In this document: positions 1-7,890 of the stretch, piece by piece | How the letters are laid out: every line of letters begins with the position of its first letter | How positions within the stretch are numbered: position 1 is the first letter of the stretch | Source: a virus | Lineage: Duplodnaviria > Heunggongvirae > Uroviricota > Caudoviricetes | Strand: one strand, 5' to 3' | IMG/VR virus record: IMGVR_UViG_2703718840_000006 | DNA: 17,364 nucleotides | Program-made: the position numbers and the translations under genes | Notes under the pieces: generated by a model | What the model saw: only the letters and a program-made list of their open reading frames with translations | Database searches by the model: none | Told to the model about the DNA's origin: nothing

Positions 1-897
1 CTATGACTTGCTGTTTTCAGTAAGAGTCTTATCATCCAAAGAATTTATTCTAGAAATTCTTTTTAACTCATTAAGATAATCAACCTCGTTTTCTAAGAAC
101 CAATGAAGAACTTTAGAATTGCCAAGTAATTTATTAATATATGACTGGATTATAACGAATTTCAACATATCTGAACCATACTCGGTTTGAAGCTTTTTCG
201 TTTCTTCCGAAGTTGTTGCCATTTCTTGTTCCAGACGAAGTATGGTTTTTTTTATGTCCTTTTTATAGGGAGTGTTTTTCCCTTTATTTACTATCATCGA
301 TGCCGGTGTTGCATCCAAGATGCTCATTGCAAATTTTTTACTATAATTATCAAAATTAATCATTGTACCGACTGCTTCAATTTGGCGAATTGGCTTCATT
401 TTCCTCAAAACGTCAAATGTAGCCTTAGGTATATGTTTATCAGAAAGTTTCGCAATTACACTTGGATCTATGCCGTTCATCACATTCGCTTTATCTTTTA
501 TGGCATCAACAGATATGCCCAAAGCAGCACTAAGTTTTTCAATTGATACTTTTGCCAGAGACTTAATTATCATTCTATGTTCTTCAACTACATTTATATG
601 ATTCACTTGTTTGTTAGGAGTGAAAGCATCATCTATGCTCGAAAGTATACATGGAGCTTTTTCTATACCTAAGTCTTTTAAAGCCTCAACCCTTAAATGG
701 CCATCAAGTATCTTAGTGACATCTTTATCTTTGTCATAGAATACTATTATTGGTTCAATAATACCTAAGCTTTCGATAGAGGTAACTATTTGATGATATT
801 TATGGCTTCGCTTTACGTTTTCTAATAATTCCTTAGATGGAATTAACTTATTAGTTTCCAGGTAAATAAAATTATCGCCAAAACGTATCTGAATCAT
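1..897 (-). CDS. ParB/Srx-family protein (ParB N-terminal domain plus HTH-like region); distal gene of a tandem ParB-like pair
   Basis: 298-aa ORF with stop at 1-3. ParB-box-like GHLRVEA within IIVFYDKDKDVTKILDGHLRVEALKDLG, then an HTH-like segment (SIEKLSAALGISVDAIKDK). Start overlaps the upstream ORF by 4 nt; AGAGG lies 8 nt upstream of the ATG. No adjacent ParA. Confidence 0.6.
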   Translation of the reverse strand: MIQIRFGDNFIYLETNKLIPSKELLENVKRSHKYHQIVTSIESLGIIEPIIVFYDKDKDVTKILDGHLRVEALKDLGIEKAPCILSSIDDAFTPNKQVNHINVVEEHRMIIKSLAKVSIEKLSAALGISVDAIKDKANVMNGIDPSVIAKLSDKHIPKATFDVLRKMKPIRQIEAVGTMINFDNYSKKFAMSILDATPASMIVNKGKNTPYKKDIKKTILRLEQEMATTSEETKKLQTEYGSDMLKFVIIQSYINKLLGNSKVLHWFLENEVDYLNELKRISRINSLDDKTLTENSKS

Positions 898-1790
898 TTT
901 AATACCTCTTTGTTTACTGGGGTTAATATCTGAGATGGTAGTTCTGAAAGATTCTCTTGTTCAAGTATATGTTGAAAGCTTTTATTCATCATTATGATGT
1001 TAAAAATCTCATTTACTATTAGTAGGTTGGTTTTTATGAATTTTGAGTTGTTATAAACAGATTTATGTTCAGCGATACTATTTTCATAAAGCTCAATCAA
1101 CTCCTCTGCAGTCATCCTTTTTGATGGTTTGTGATAATAAAATCCGGCTGCTTTTGCACCTTTATTCCCAACTGTTCTTTGATTTAGAATGTGTTTTATC
1201 TTTATAATGTCCCGACTTTTTATTAATTTTTTATCATATGCTTCGGTAAGAATATCTTGTGCTTCCTCAGTTTCACATCTTGCAAATTGCACTGCGAGAT
1301 ACAGAGGCAAATTACCCCGTTCGACTGCTGAGAGAAGTTTATGCTCTCCCTTATCAAGTAGCATATTAATACTGCTCACCCAGTTCGATGAATATCCAGT
1401 AATCTCACTTATTTCGGAGTCTGAAAGTCCTCTGATTTTCATGTCTTTAATCACCTGTAATAACTCATTAGAACGTGGTCTTCTCCTTGCAATGTTTTCA
1501 ACTAAACTCATAACGTAAGCATCTTCTTCTGATACATCTCTTATAATTGCTGGAATAATAGTTTCACCTAATGCAACGAGAGCCTCTATTCTCCCTTGAC
1601 CACAAATTAAAGCATATTTGAAATCGCCTTCATCAATAGCTCTTACGCTTATTGGCTTGCTTAATCCTCTTTTTTTTATGCTTTCCTTTATTTCTTCATG
1701 CACTACCTTATTTCTTGTTCGTGGGTTAAGAAATTTTATTTTTGCAATCTCAATTTGAATTATTGGGAATTCATTTTTTTCAGGCAGCAT
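894..1790 (-). CDS. ParB-family protein (ParB N-terminal domain, HTH, C-terminal extension)
   Basis: 298 aa. Motifs GQGRIEALVALG and LVENIARRRP in the N-terminal domain, followed by an HTH-like LSDSEISEITGYSSNWVSSINMLL. GAGGG lies 7 nt upstream of the ATG; overlaps the recombinase stop by 11 nt, suggesting translational coupling. Confidence 0.65.
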   Translation of the reverse strand: MLPEKNEFPIIQIEIAKIKFLNPRTRNKVVHEEIKESIKKRGLSKPISVRAIDEGDFKYALICGQGRIEALVALGETIIPAIIRDVSEEDAYVMSLVENIARRRPRSNELLQVIKDMKIRGLSDSEISEITGYSSNWVSSINMLLDKGEHKLLSAVERGNLPLYLAVQFARCETEEAQDILTEAYDKKLIKSRDIIKIKHILNQRTVGNKGAKAAGFYYHKPSKRMTAEELIELYENSIAEHKSVYNNSKFIKTNLLIVNEIFNIIMMNKSFQHILEQENLSELPSQILTPVNKEVLK

Positions 1791-3336
1791 ATAGTTCCCT
1801 CACTTTCATGCGAGTAATAATTTGTAGAAGTTTATCAAGATTATCAAATCTATAGAGATCTAATCGAATGTTGTTTGTTTCCGTCATGCACATTTTATTA
1901 TATTCGTTTTCAATCTTTGGTATGATATAAAAATCAAGAGGTGAAATATTTTGTGAATTCATTCGTATAACAATTGTTATGTCTGCTTTCTGTGAGTTAT
2001 CAAACCGGACTTTCCATCTAAGTTTACCTGATTTCATATGTATGCATTTAGTAACAAGGACGGAAATTAAAAACTCATCATTGATGTAAAGCATTGGGGC
2101 ATATTTATACTCGTCTATATGACAGTTACTTTTTAAAATTTCACCCTTAAAATCCTCAATTATCTCTGAGTAAAATGATCTTAGTGCTTCATTTATTTTG
2201 AGATAGCTGTAATCATGTTCTGGCTTATAACCAATCAAAGTATATGCTCTTAAAAGACCACCAAATCGGGTTCTATAAACAGAAGATGAAGGGCCTGTAT
2301 CATCTTCATCAATGATAAAGCCTGATAGTTTTCCATTAGATTCTAATTTTTGTTTTAGTTTTTCTAATAGATCTTCATTAGTCAAATGAATGGATCGGAG
2401 CTGAATTATTTCTTGAGCTTTATTGTATTTTTTCTTTGAAATAATAGGTTTATATGCCTTGTCACATCTAACCCATTCATGTTTGGGGTTTTTTACAAGC
2501 CTACTTTTTAATTTAGATGAGGTTTTGTTATATATGTTGTTTCCAATATATTTTTCATTTGTCAAAATTTGATGTATTTTTGCACGAGTCCATAATGTTC
2601 CATTTTCTGCAGGTATGTTCTGTTCATTTAATCTCTCAGCAATAATGAATTCTGGGACGTTATTATCTATAAAGAGATCATATATTCTATTTACAATTTT
2701 TATTTCATTTTTTGGTCCCGGAATTAATATTACCCTATCTGTTTGAATACTCTTTCTTTTGCGGAAACTCAATATTTCTTTAGCTATGCCATTTTCGTCT
2801 ACTAAAAGACGTCTCAGCCCATAACCAGCCATACCGCCTTGATGATAACCAAGCTTTATTAAATTTACTTGCCCTATAAATACCTTTTCAGATAGATTCC
2901 TGCTGTGATATGCAGCACTAGATCTTTTTATATTCAGTATAACAGAGGACTCTAAAGGGAAATCTTTAGTGGGTATAGGTTCGGAACAATATATAAGATC
3001 TACACCATTTCTCTCAAATAGAAAGGAATAATATGCCGCTTCATCACTATTTTGAAAACGACCAAAACGGCTCACATCATAAAATAATACAGCCTGTATA
3101 TCTATTTTCTTTTGTTCTACATCGCTAAGTAACTGCTGCAAAGAATGCCTGCCTACGATACTGACTCCGCTCTTACCTGCATCATCGTAGGTATAAGCGA
3201 TTTCCATATTGTTCTTTTCAGCATAATCTTTGATATATTCGGACTGATTATGTAAAGAATATTGCTGATGGTCGGTAGACATCCTCAAGTACTGCGCGAC
3301 CCTAACTCTATGATTTTTGTCATTTTCGCTAGCCAT
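1780..3336 (-). CDS. Large serine recombinase (resolvase catalytic domain plus recombinase domain, divergent C-terminus)
   Basis: 518 aa. N-terminal YLRMSTDHQ (catalytic Ser context) and DDAGKSG; recombinase-domain-like GYHQGGMAGYGLRR. No clear CxxC zinc ribbon seen in the C-terminal ~200 aa. GAGG lies 9 nt upstream of the ATG at 3336. Confidence 0.75.
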   Translation of the reverse strand: MASENDKNHRVRVAQYLRMSTDHQQYSLHNQSEYIKDYAEKNNMEIAYTYDDAGKSGVSIVGRHSLQQLLSDVEQKKIDIQAVLFYDVSRFGRFQNSDEAAYYSFLFERNGVDLIYCSEPIPTKDFPLESSVILNIKRSSAAYHSRNLSEKVFIGQVNLIKLGYHQGGMAGYGLRRLLVDENGIAKEILSFRKRKSIQTDRVILIPGPKNEIKIVNRIYDLFIDNNVPEFIIAERLNEQNIPAENGTLWTRAKIHQILTNEKYIGNNIYNKTSSKLKSRLVKNPKHEWVRCDKAYKPIISKKKYNKAQEIIQLRSIHLTNEDLLEKLKQKLESNGKLSGFIIDEDDTGPSSSVYRTRFGGLLRAYTLIGYKPEHDYSYLKINEALRSFYSEIIEDFKGEILKSNCHIDEYKYAPMLYINDEFLISVLVTKCIHMKSGKLRWKVRFDNSQKADITIVIRMNSQNISPLDFYIIPKIENEYNKMCMTETNNIRLDLYRFDNLDKLLQIITRMKVRELYAA

Positions 3337-3506
3337 GCACGAAACCTCATGGATGATTCAATACAATGTAGTGGATAAAATTGATCAAATTTCAACCGAA
3401 TTCAACTGTTTTATCATTGATTAGAGCGAATTTGGTAGATCTTCGAGGTGTATGATAATCGAGAAGAGATGTGAATTATTTAGCTGATATGACCGACAGC
3501 TTTCGT

Positions 3507-3556
3507 TATGTGGACTCAATGTCCCCATTTGTAAATGGCTATGCTTAGTCCACATA
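3507..3556. repeat. Nested inverted repeat (10-bp arms TATGTGGACT/AGTCCACATA around an inner CCATTT-GT-AAATGG palindrome)
   Basis: Read directly: perfect 10-bp arms at 3507-3516 and 3547-3556, inner palindrome at 3525-3538. Lies between the integrase stop and the recombinase start. Candidate protein-binding or recombination site; no U-tract, so not a canonical terminator. Confidence 0.4.
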
Positions 3557-3618
3557 GGTTAATGGTGTGATTATTAATTCTTTAACTAAATCAAGATAGT
3601 TAATCCATCATGGGAGAG

Positions 3619-4848
3619 TTATGCGGCAATAACTTTGCATTTTTGAGACGAAACATAGTCACTCCACCATTGCATGAGAACCACCCGTTCAGTGAGATAC
3701 TCTGCACGATTGTAGGCTGCAATTATTTCATCTTTCTTCGAGTGGGCAAGGGCGGCTTCTAAGACATCAGTCCTAAACTTGCCAGACTCCTCAGCAGCCG
3801 TTCTAGCAATGGATCGCATACCGTGAGCTACAAGCTCACCTCCGAAACCCATACGGATTATGGCCGCATTAGCTGTTTGTTCATGCATGTGATTGAGTGG
3901 AGCTTTGATACTGGGGAACACCCACTCTCTATGCCCGCTGATGACTTTCATTAAATCCAAAACTCGCAAAGCTTCTTTGCTCAGTGGAACTTTGTGAGGC
4001 TTCTTCATTTTCATAAACTCCGCCGGGATGTTCCACATGCCAGTTTCAATATCAATATCTGACCATCTTGTGCGAACAGCTTCACCTGGGCGAACCCATG
4101 TGAGAAGTTGCCACTCAATCAGTAGCCTTGTTTCCAAACGGATAGAAGCATTGTTTAGAGCAACCAAGAAGCGAGGGAGTTCGGAAGGGGGTAATGCTGG
4201 CATATTCTGTTTTTTTGGCTTGCTGAACCGTTGCCCCAGGTTGTCTGCCGGGTTGAATTCTATGAGTTCTTCTGTTGCTGCATAGCGGAAAATTTCATTC
4301 AGGCGGGATATGATGCGGCGAAGTGTTTCAAGGACACCTCGTTTTTCTATGGGTTCTAAATGCTGTTTAAGCATTTTAGGGCGAATCTCCTTAATTGGGG
4401 TATCACCCAATGTGGAAAAGATATTTCTCTCTAGGCTTCGCCAGATGTCGTTAGCATGATCTTGGGAGATGCCTGACGTTTTGACTTTCTCATCAAGCCA
4501 CTTCTTGGCTACTGCTTGAAATGTATGTTCCGTGGCATCTTTCAGTGCATTGGCTTTTTGGTTGTTATGAACTTGGGGGTCTATACCATTTGTAAGCAAC
4601 GACAAGTATTCATCACGTAAAGCTCGTGCCTTCGCAAGTGTAAGGTGAGGATAGGTTCCTAAGCTCACCTTAGTTCGCTTTTTGGTCACAGGCACTGCAT
4701 ATCTGAAATACCAATTTTTCTTCCCTCCCTTCGCCAGGGGAGCGATTCGCAACAGCAAACCATCGCCGTCAAAAAGGTTAACCTCTTTTTCGGCAGGTTT
4801 GGTGCTTTTGATTTCAGTGTCAGTGAGCTTCTTAGCGATTTTGGCCAT
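3619..4848 (-). CDS. P4-type tyrosine integrase (arm-binding N-terminal domain plus catalytic domain)
   Basis: Start chosen at the internal ATG (4846-4848, MAKIAKKLTDTEIK) with GAGGG upstream; the track ORF extends to 4929 with a non-canonical start. N-terminal KLTDTEIKSTKP...LFDGDGLLL...WYFRY is typical of P4-like integrases; C-terminal HGMRS and AAYNRAEY supply the HxxR and catalytic Tyr. Lies immediately downstream of the ssrA 3' fragment, same orientation. Confidence 0.85.
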   Translation of the reverse strand: MAKIAKKLTDTEIKSTKPAEKEVNLFDGDGLLLRIAPLAKGGKKNWYFRYAVPVTKKRTKVSLGTYPHLTLAKARALRDEYLSLLTNGIDPQVHNNQKANALKDATEHTFQAVAKKWLDEKVKTSGISQDHANDIWRSLERNIFSTLGDTPIKEIRPKMLKQHLEPIEKRGVLETLRRIISRLNEIFRYAATEELIEFNPADNLGQRFSKPKKQNMPALPPSELPRFLVALNNASIRLETRLLIEWQLLTWVRPGEAVRTRWSDIDIETGMWNIPAEFMKMKKPHKVPLSKEALRVLDLMKVISGHREWVFPSIKAPLNHMHEQTANAAIIRMGFGGELVAHGMRSIARTAAEESGKFRTDVLEAALAHSKKDEIIAAYNRAEYLTERVVLMQWWSDYVSSQKCKVIAA

Positions 4849-5014
4849 GTTTGGGACCCTCGATTTTAGGACCCATCTTCGTGGGTCCCATTCAGGGTGC
4901 CATAACTCGTAGTTCTCAGCAATTCTCACTAGACTACAATAGACGTAAAAAAGCCCGCAGAGCTTGTGCTGTGCGGGCTTAGTAGACTTTACTGAACTTC
5001 AGTACATCAATATT

Positions 5015-5047
5015 TGGTGGAGCTGGCGGGAGTTGAACCCGAGTCCG
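5015..5047 (-). ncRNA. ssrA: 3'-terminal fragment of tmRNA gene ssrA (T-arm, acceptor 3' strand, CCA); integration-site core copy, not a full gene
   Basis: Minus-strand read CGGACTCGGGTTCAACTCCCGCCAGCTCCACCA matches my recollection of the E. coli tmRNA 3' end (GGGTTCAACTCCCGCCAGCTCCACCA). The adjacent upstream sequence is AT-rich and unrelated to tmRNA, and would overlap the methyltransferase CDS, so only the terminal ~33 nt are present. Confidence 0.75.
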
Positions 5048-5119
5048 TATTTTTATAATTAGCTGAAATAAAACGATTAATACTAACCATTTTATTCTGC
5101 GGATCTTTTGCGGCTCCTT

Positions 5120-6019
5120 TTATGTCTGGATGTGGTCGTCAACACATCCTCTTTTAAATATAGGCGCTTTTACCTTAGTTGGATCATCTGTTTTAAAGAT
5201 TTTCAATCGTTCACTGAAGAACATTACCTCAGATCCTTTGTACCGATCTTGAGCACTGTAGTTTATTCCATATACTAATGATGATGTCTTATACATAGCT
5301 TGGATCTCAGGAGTGTTATCGTAAGAAACAATCCAAGGCGTTTTAATATTATTCTGTACGACTTTTGCAACCCTAACATGATCATCATGATCATAATGGT
5401 TGATATATAAACCTTTACCTTTTATGTAATAAGGTGGATCCAAATATGTTAATGAGTTTTGTGGCAATTGAATAACTATTTTTTTTATGAAATCAATTGC
5501 ATCCATGTTATATAAATCTATTCTGTGACGATTTTCTGATATTTTATGGATTCGAGAAATCAAATCACTCTTATTATAGCGAGCGTCAAGCTTCCATTTC
5601 CCTTCTTGATTTTTACCGCCAATTACACCACCTTTTAATATTCCAGAACGATTTGTTCTATTGAGAAAAAAGGTTGAGAAACCAATTGTTAAAAGATCAT
5701 GGTCTTTAGGATTATTAATTATATCTTTCTGCCTAAACCATTCATCCATTGTAACTTCTGTTCTTTCAATTAAAGAACATAATTGATCTGCATGATTTAA
5801 TACACTGTGCCAAAAAGCATAAACAGAAATATTAATATCATTAAGGATGATTTTTTCAGCTGCATTTAGATGTAACAGTTTCAATGCTAAACCAGCACCC
5901 CCAGCATATGGTTCGGCATAATGTATAGGCGAAAGATTATTTTCTTCAATAATCCGAAGCATGAAATTTGCAAGCTTGCCTTTACCGCCAGGATAGCGAA
6001 GTGGGGTGTTAAAACGCAT
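5120..6019 (-). CDS. Dam-family (D12 class) N6-adenine DNA methyltransferase
   Basis: 299 aa. Motifs in Dam order: LRYPGGKGK, YAEPYAGGAGLA (AdoMet-binding), FFLNRTNRSG, YLDPPYY (catalytic DPPY). GAGG lies 6 nt upstream of the ATG at 6019. Target sequence cannot be read from sequence. Confidence 0.85.
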   Translation of the reverse strand: MRFNTPLRYPGGKGKLANFMLRIIEENNLSPIHYAEPYAGGAGLALKLLHLNAAEKIILNDINISVYAFWHSVLNHADQLCSLIERTEVTMDEWFRQKDIINNPKDHDLLTIGFSTFFLNRTNRSGILKGGVIGGKNQEGKWKLDARYNKSDLISRIHKISENRHRIDLYNMDAIDFIKKIVIQLPQNSLTYLDPPYYIKGKGLYINHYDHDDHVRVAKVVQNNIKTPWIVSYDNTPEIQAMYKTSSLVYGINYSAQDRYKGSEVMFFSERLKIFKTDDPTKVKAPIFKRGCVDDHIQT

Positions 6020-6053
6020 ATGATACCTCTAAATGTCAGATCTAAAGTATATC

Positions 6054-6092
6054 AAAAAAAGGGCTTTATGGCCATCACATAAAACCCTTTTT
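6054..6092. terminator. Bidirectional intrinsic-terminator-like hairpin between the ATPase and methyltransferase genes
   Basis: A7 (6054-6060), stem GGGCTTTATG / CATAAAACCC (one mismatch) with 7-nt loop (6061-6087), then T5 (6088-6092). On the minus strand the hairpin is followed by a U7 run. Confidence 0.45.
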
Positions 6093-6098
6093 AATCAA

Positions 6099-7832
6099 TT
6101 AGTTATCTGACAGATATGATGAGATGGTAGCAGAATCGACACCATGTCCACTTATCATAATAACTTTAAGACTCTTTATTAGTTCATTCTTGAAGCTATC
6201 CGATTGCACAGGATTTTTCTCGACCCAATATCGATATGGGTTATCTTTAACTCGTCCTTTGACTTGGTCCTGAAATTGAGTCGTATGTGCAAAATCTTTA
6301 AACAGTTTTCTCACTCTCCCGCCATGATTTTTGTTAACTTTTTTATAATTATCTATAAGGATTTTTAAATCAATCGGAGCGTTACCAATCTTTAGCGTTG
6401 TAATTATGTCTTTAGCTGTTTTCATAAAAACAGATTTTGTAAATTTATTTTTATTTTCCCAATATGCATCATCAGGTGGTAAATTATATAAAAACTCAAA
6501 AATCATTTGGTCTGGAGGTAAGGTGCTTGGAAGCAAACATAAGTTTTTTTCTTTTTTGGCTTTTTTTGCATTAGCACTGTTGTCGTGAACAACATCACCG
6601 TCTAAGACGATCAAGCTTTTAGCTGTAAATTCTGGTATTTTTCTTGCCATTAAGTCAAGCATGGCAGAGCAGCTAATATTTATATTTCCTAATGGATTTA
6701 ATATTTTATTTATTTTTCGATCTGTTATCAATTGTTTGAAAAAGTCGAAACCTTCTTTGTCTTCAAAATATACATTTGCTTTTGGAAGACAAATGTCATC
6801 ATTAATTTTTACAGTTTCAACATGTAAATCAGCGTGGATATCTGTCCATGAAAGATTATTCTTTGTTTTAATATCTCCATATGTGTCTGTAAGATATATT
6901 GTTTTAAAGCTATCACTATCTTGTTTTGAACGATTATAGATATCCTCTATTATTAATGGAGAGTGCGAGGTCATGATTATTTGCAGATCGTATTGTTTTG
7001 CTGCTTTAGTTAGAATATTAATTAGCTCTAACTGTGCAGCAGGGAAAAGACCTGCATCGGCTTCATCAATTAACAATATTCCGCCATGATAATCAGAATA
7101 AGTTTCCTTCAATCTTTTAAATGAAAAAATTGCTTGGATTAATTGTCCAACATTATCTTCACCAACAGATACTGATTGGTGATCATAATTGTCACCATGG
7201 ACAACCATTGAATCGATAGTACCTTTTGTTGCTGTTACTGAGCTTCCATTGTTTTTTAGTAAGAGTTGGTTACTCATCATTCTGATTTCATCAGAATTTT
7301 CATTGATGTACTGAACATCCCGTGTTGAGTAATCAGTCCTTAATGTAATAGGAAGAAGTCGTGCTAAGCTTAAAAAAATAACAGGATGAGTAACGTTTCT
7401 ACTTTGGTTTTTTTCCGGTATTGAATCATTTCCCCTGACTACAGGCCTTGATTTATCTCTGTCACTGTAGCTGTATAAACCTAATGTTAGTTTTTCAAGA
7501 TGTTTGTTCGATGCACCATCATAGACACTAATTTTGACGTCCATTGAACCAGGAACATCAAATTGTTCTGAAAGCCTAAAATGTTCGCTGAAAGCTGACT
7601 TGAAGCTGCCATTTGTTAATGTTTTATATTGTGTTAAATCAGTCTCAGGGTTTTTGGTAAAGTCCTTTGTAAAGCTAAATATTTGGGCGATAATGCCAAG
7701 AATTGTGGATTTAGATGTGCCATTTTTACCACAAATAACAGTTAGGCGAGAACCAAACTCGATGTTTATATTTTTCAGTCCGCGAAACTTCACAACATTT
7801 ATATTTTTTAGTTTGGTAATTTGATTTGCCAT
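6099..7832 (-). CDS. ABC/SMC-type ATPase with TOPRIM-like C-terminal region (OLD-family or fused PARIS-like nuclease candidate)
   Basis: Walker A GKNGTSKST, Walker B ILLIDEAD, H-loop IMTSHSP. The C-terminal ~250 aa contain FEDKEG and LDGD acidic motifs about 55 residues apart, consistent with TOPRIM (not verified). Start placed at internal ATG 7832 (MANQITKLKNI; GGAG upstream; Walker A then sits at the usual distance); the track ORF starts at 7883 with no SD. Confidence 0.7.
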   Translation of the reverse strand: MANQITKLKNINVVKFRGLKNINIEFGSRLTVICGKNGTSKSTILGIIAQIFSFTKDFTKNPETDLTQYKTLTNGSFKSAFSEHFRLSEQFDVPGSMDVKISVYDGASNKHLEKLTLGLYSYSDRDKSRPVVRGNDSIPEKNQSRNVTHPVIFLSLARLLPITLRTDYSTRDVQYINENSDEIRMMSNQLLLKNNGSSVTATKGTIDSMVVHGDNYDHQSVSVGEDNVGQLIQAIFSFKRLKETYSDYHGGILLIDEADAGLFPAAQLELINILTKAAKQYDLQIIMTSHSPLIIEDIYNRSKQDSDSFKTIYLTDTYGDIKTKNNLSWTDIHADLHVETVKINDDICLPKANVYFEDKEGFDFFKQLITDRKINKILNPLGNINISCSAMLDLMARKIPEFTAKSLIVLDGDVVHDNSANAKKAKKEKNLCLLPSTLPPDQMIFEFLYNLPPDDAYWENKNKFTKSVFMKTAKDIITTLKIGNAPIDLKILIDNYKKVNKNHGGRVRKLFKDFAHTTQFQDQVKGRVKDNPYRYWVEKNPVQSDSFKNELIKSLKVIMISGHGVDSATISSYLSDN

Positions 7833-7890
7833 GTTTGTATCTTGCTCCGTAAAATGGCCACAAATTGTGGCCAATAGTTTCATGCTTGGA

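Noticed and set aside
187-546. 119-aa plus-strand ORF inside the ParB-like gene (and similar antisense ORFs at 1189-1518, 4028-4285, 4682-4912, 6406-6588, 6661-6939, 7534-7824, 7951-8352, 8270-8470, 8568-8855)
   Set aside because: Each lies entirely antisense within a longer ORF that has clear protein-family motifs; they are Cys/Phe-rich low-complexity translations without SD sequences, typical of shadow ORFs.
3619-4929. Longer 436-aa form of the P4-type integrase
   Set aside because: The N-terminal extension begins at a non-ATG codon and has no SD; the internal ATG at 4848 has GAGGG upstream and gives the canonical P4-integrase N-terminus.
5128-5158. Hairpin GGATGTG...CACATCC followed by a T-run, as a plus-strand terminator
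   Set aside because: It lies inside the 3' end of the methyltransferase coding sequence and no plus-strand gene upstream needs terminating; likely incidental.
5015-5377. Full-length ssrA (tmRNA) gene
   Set aside because: Only the last ~33 nt match tmRNA; the upstream sequence is AT-rich, lacks the tmRNA body and overlaps the Dam-family methyltransferase CDS.
6099-7883. Start of the ATPase at the first ATG of the track ORF (7883)
   Set aside because: No SD precedes it, and it would put the Walker A motif unusually far from the N-terminus; the ATG at 7832 is preferred, though the upstream start cannot be excluded.
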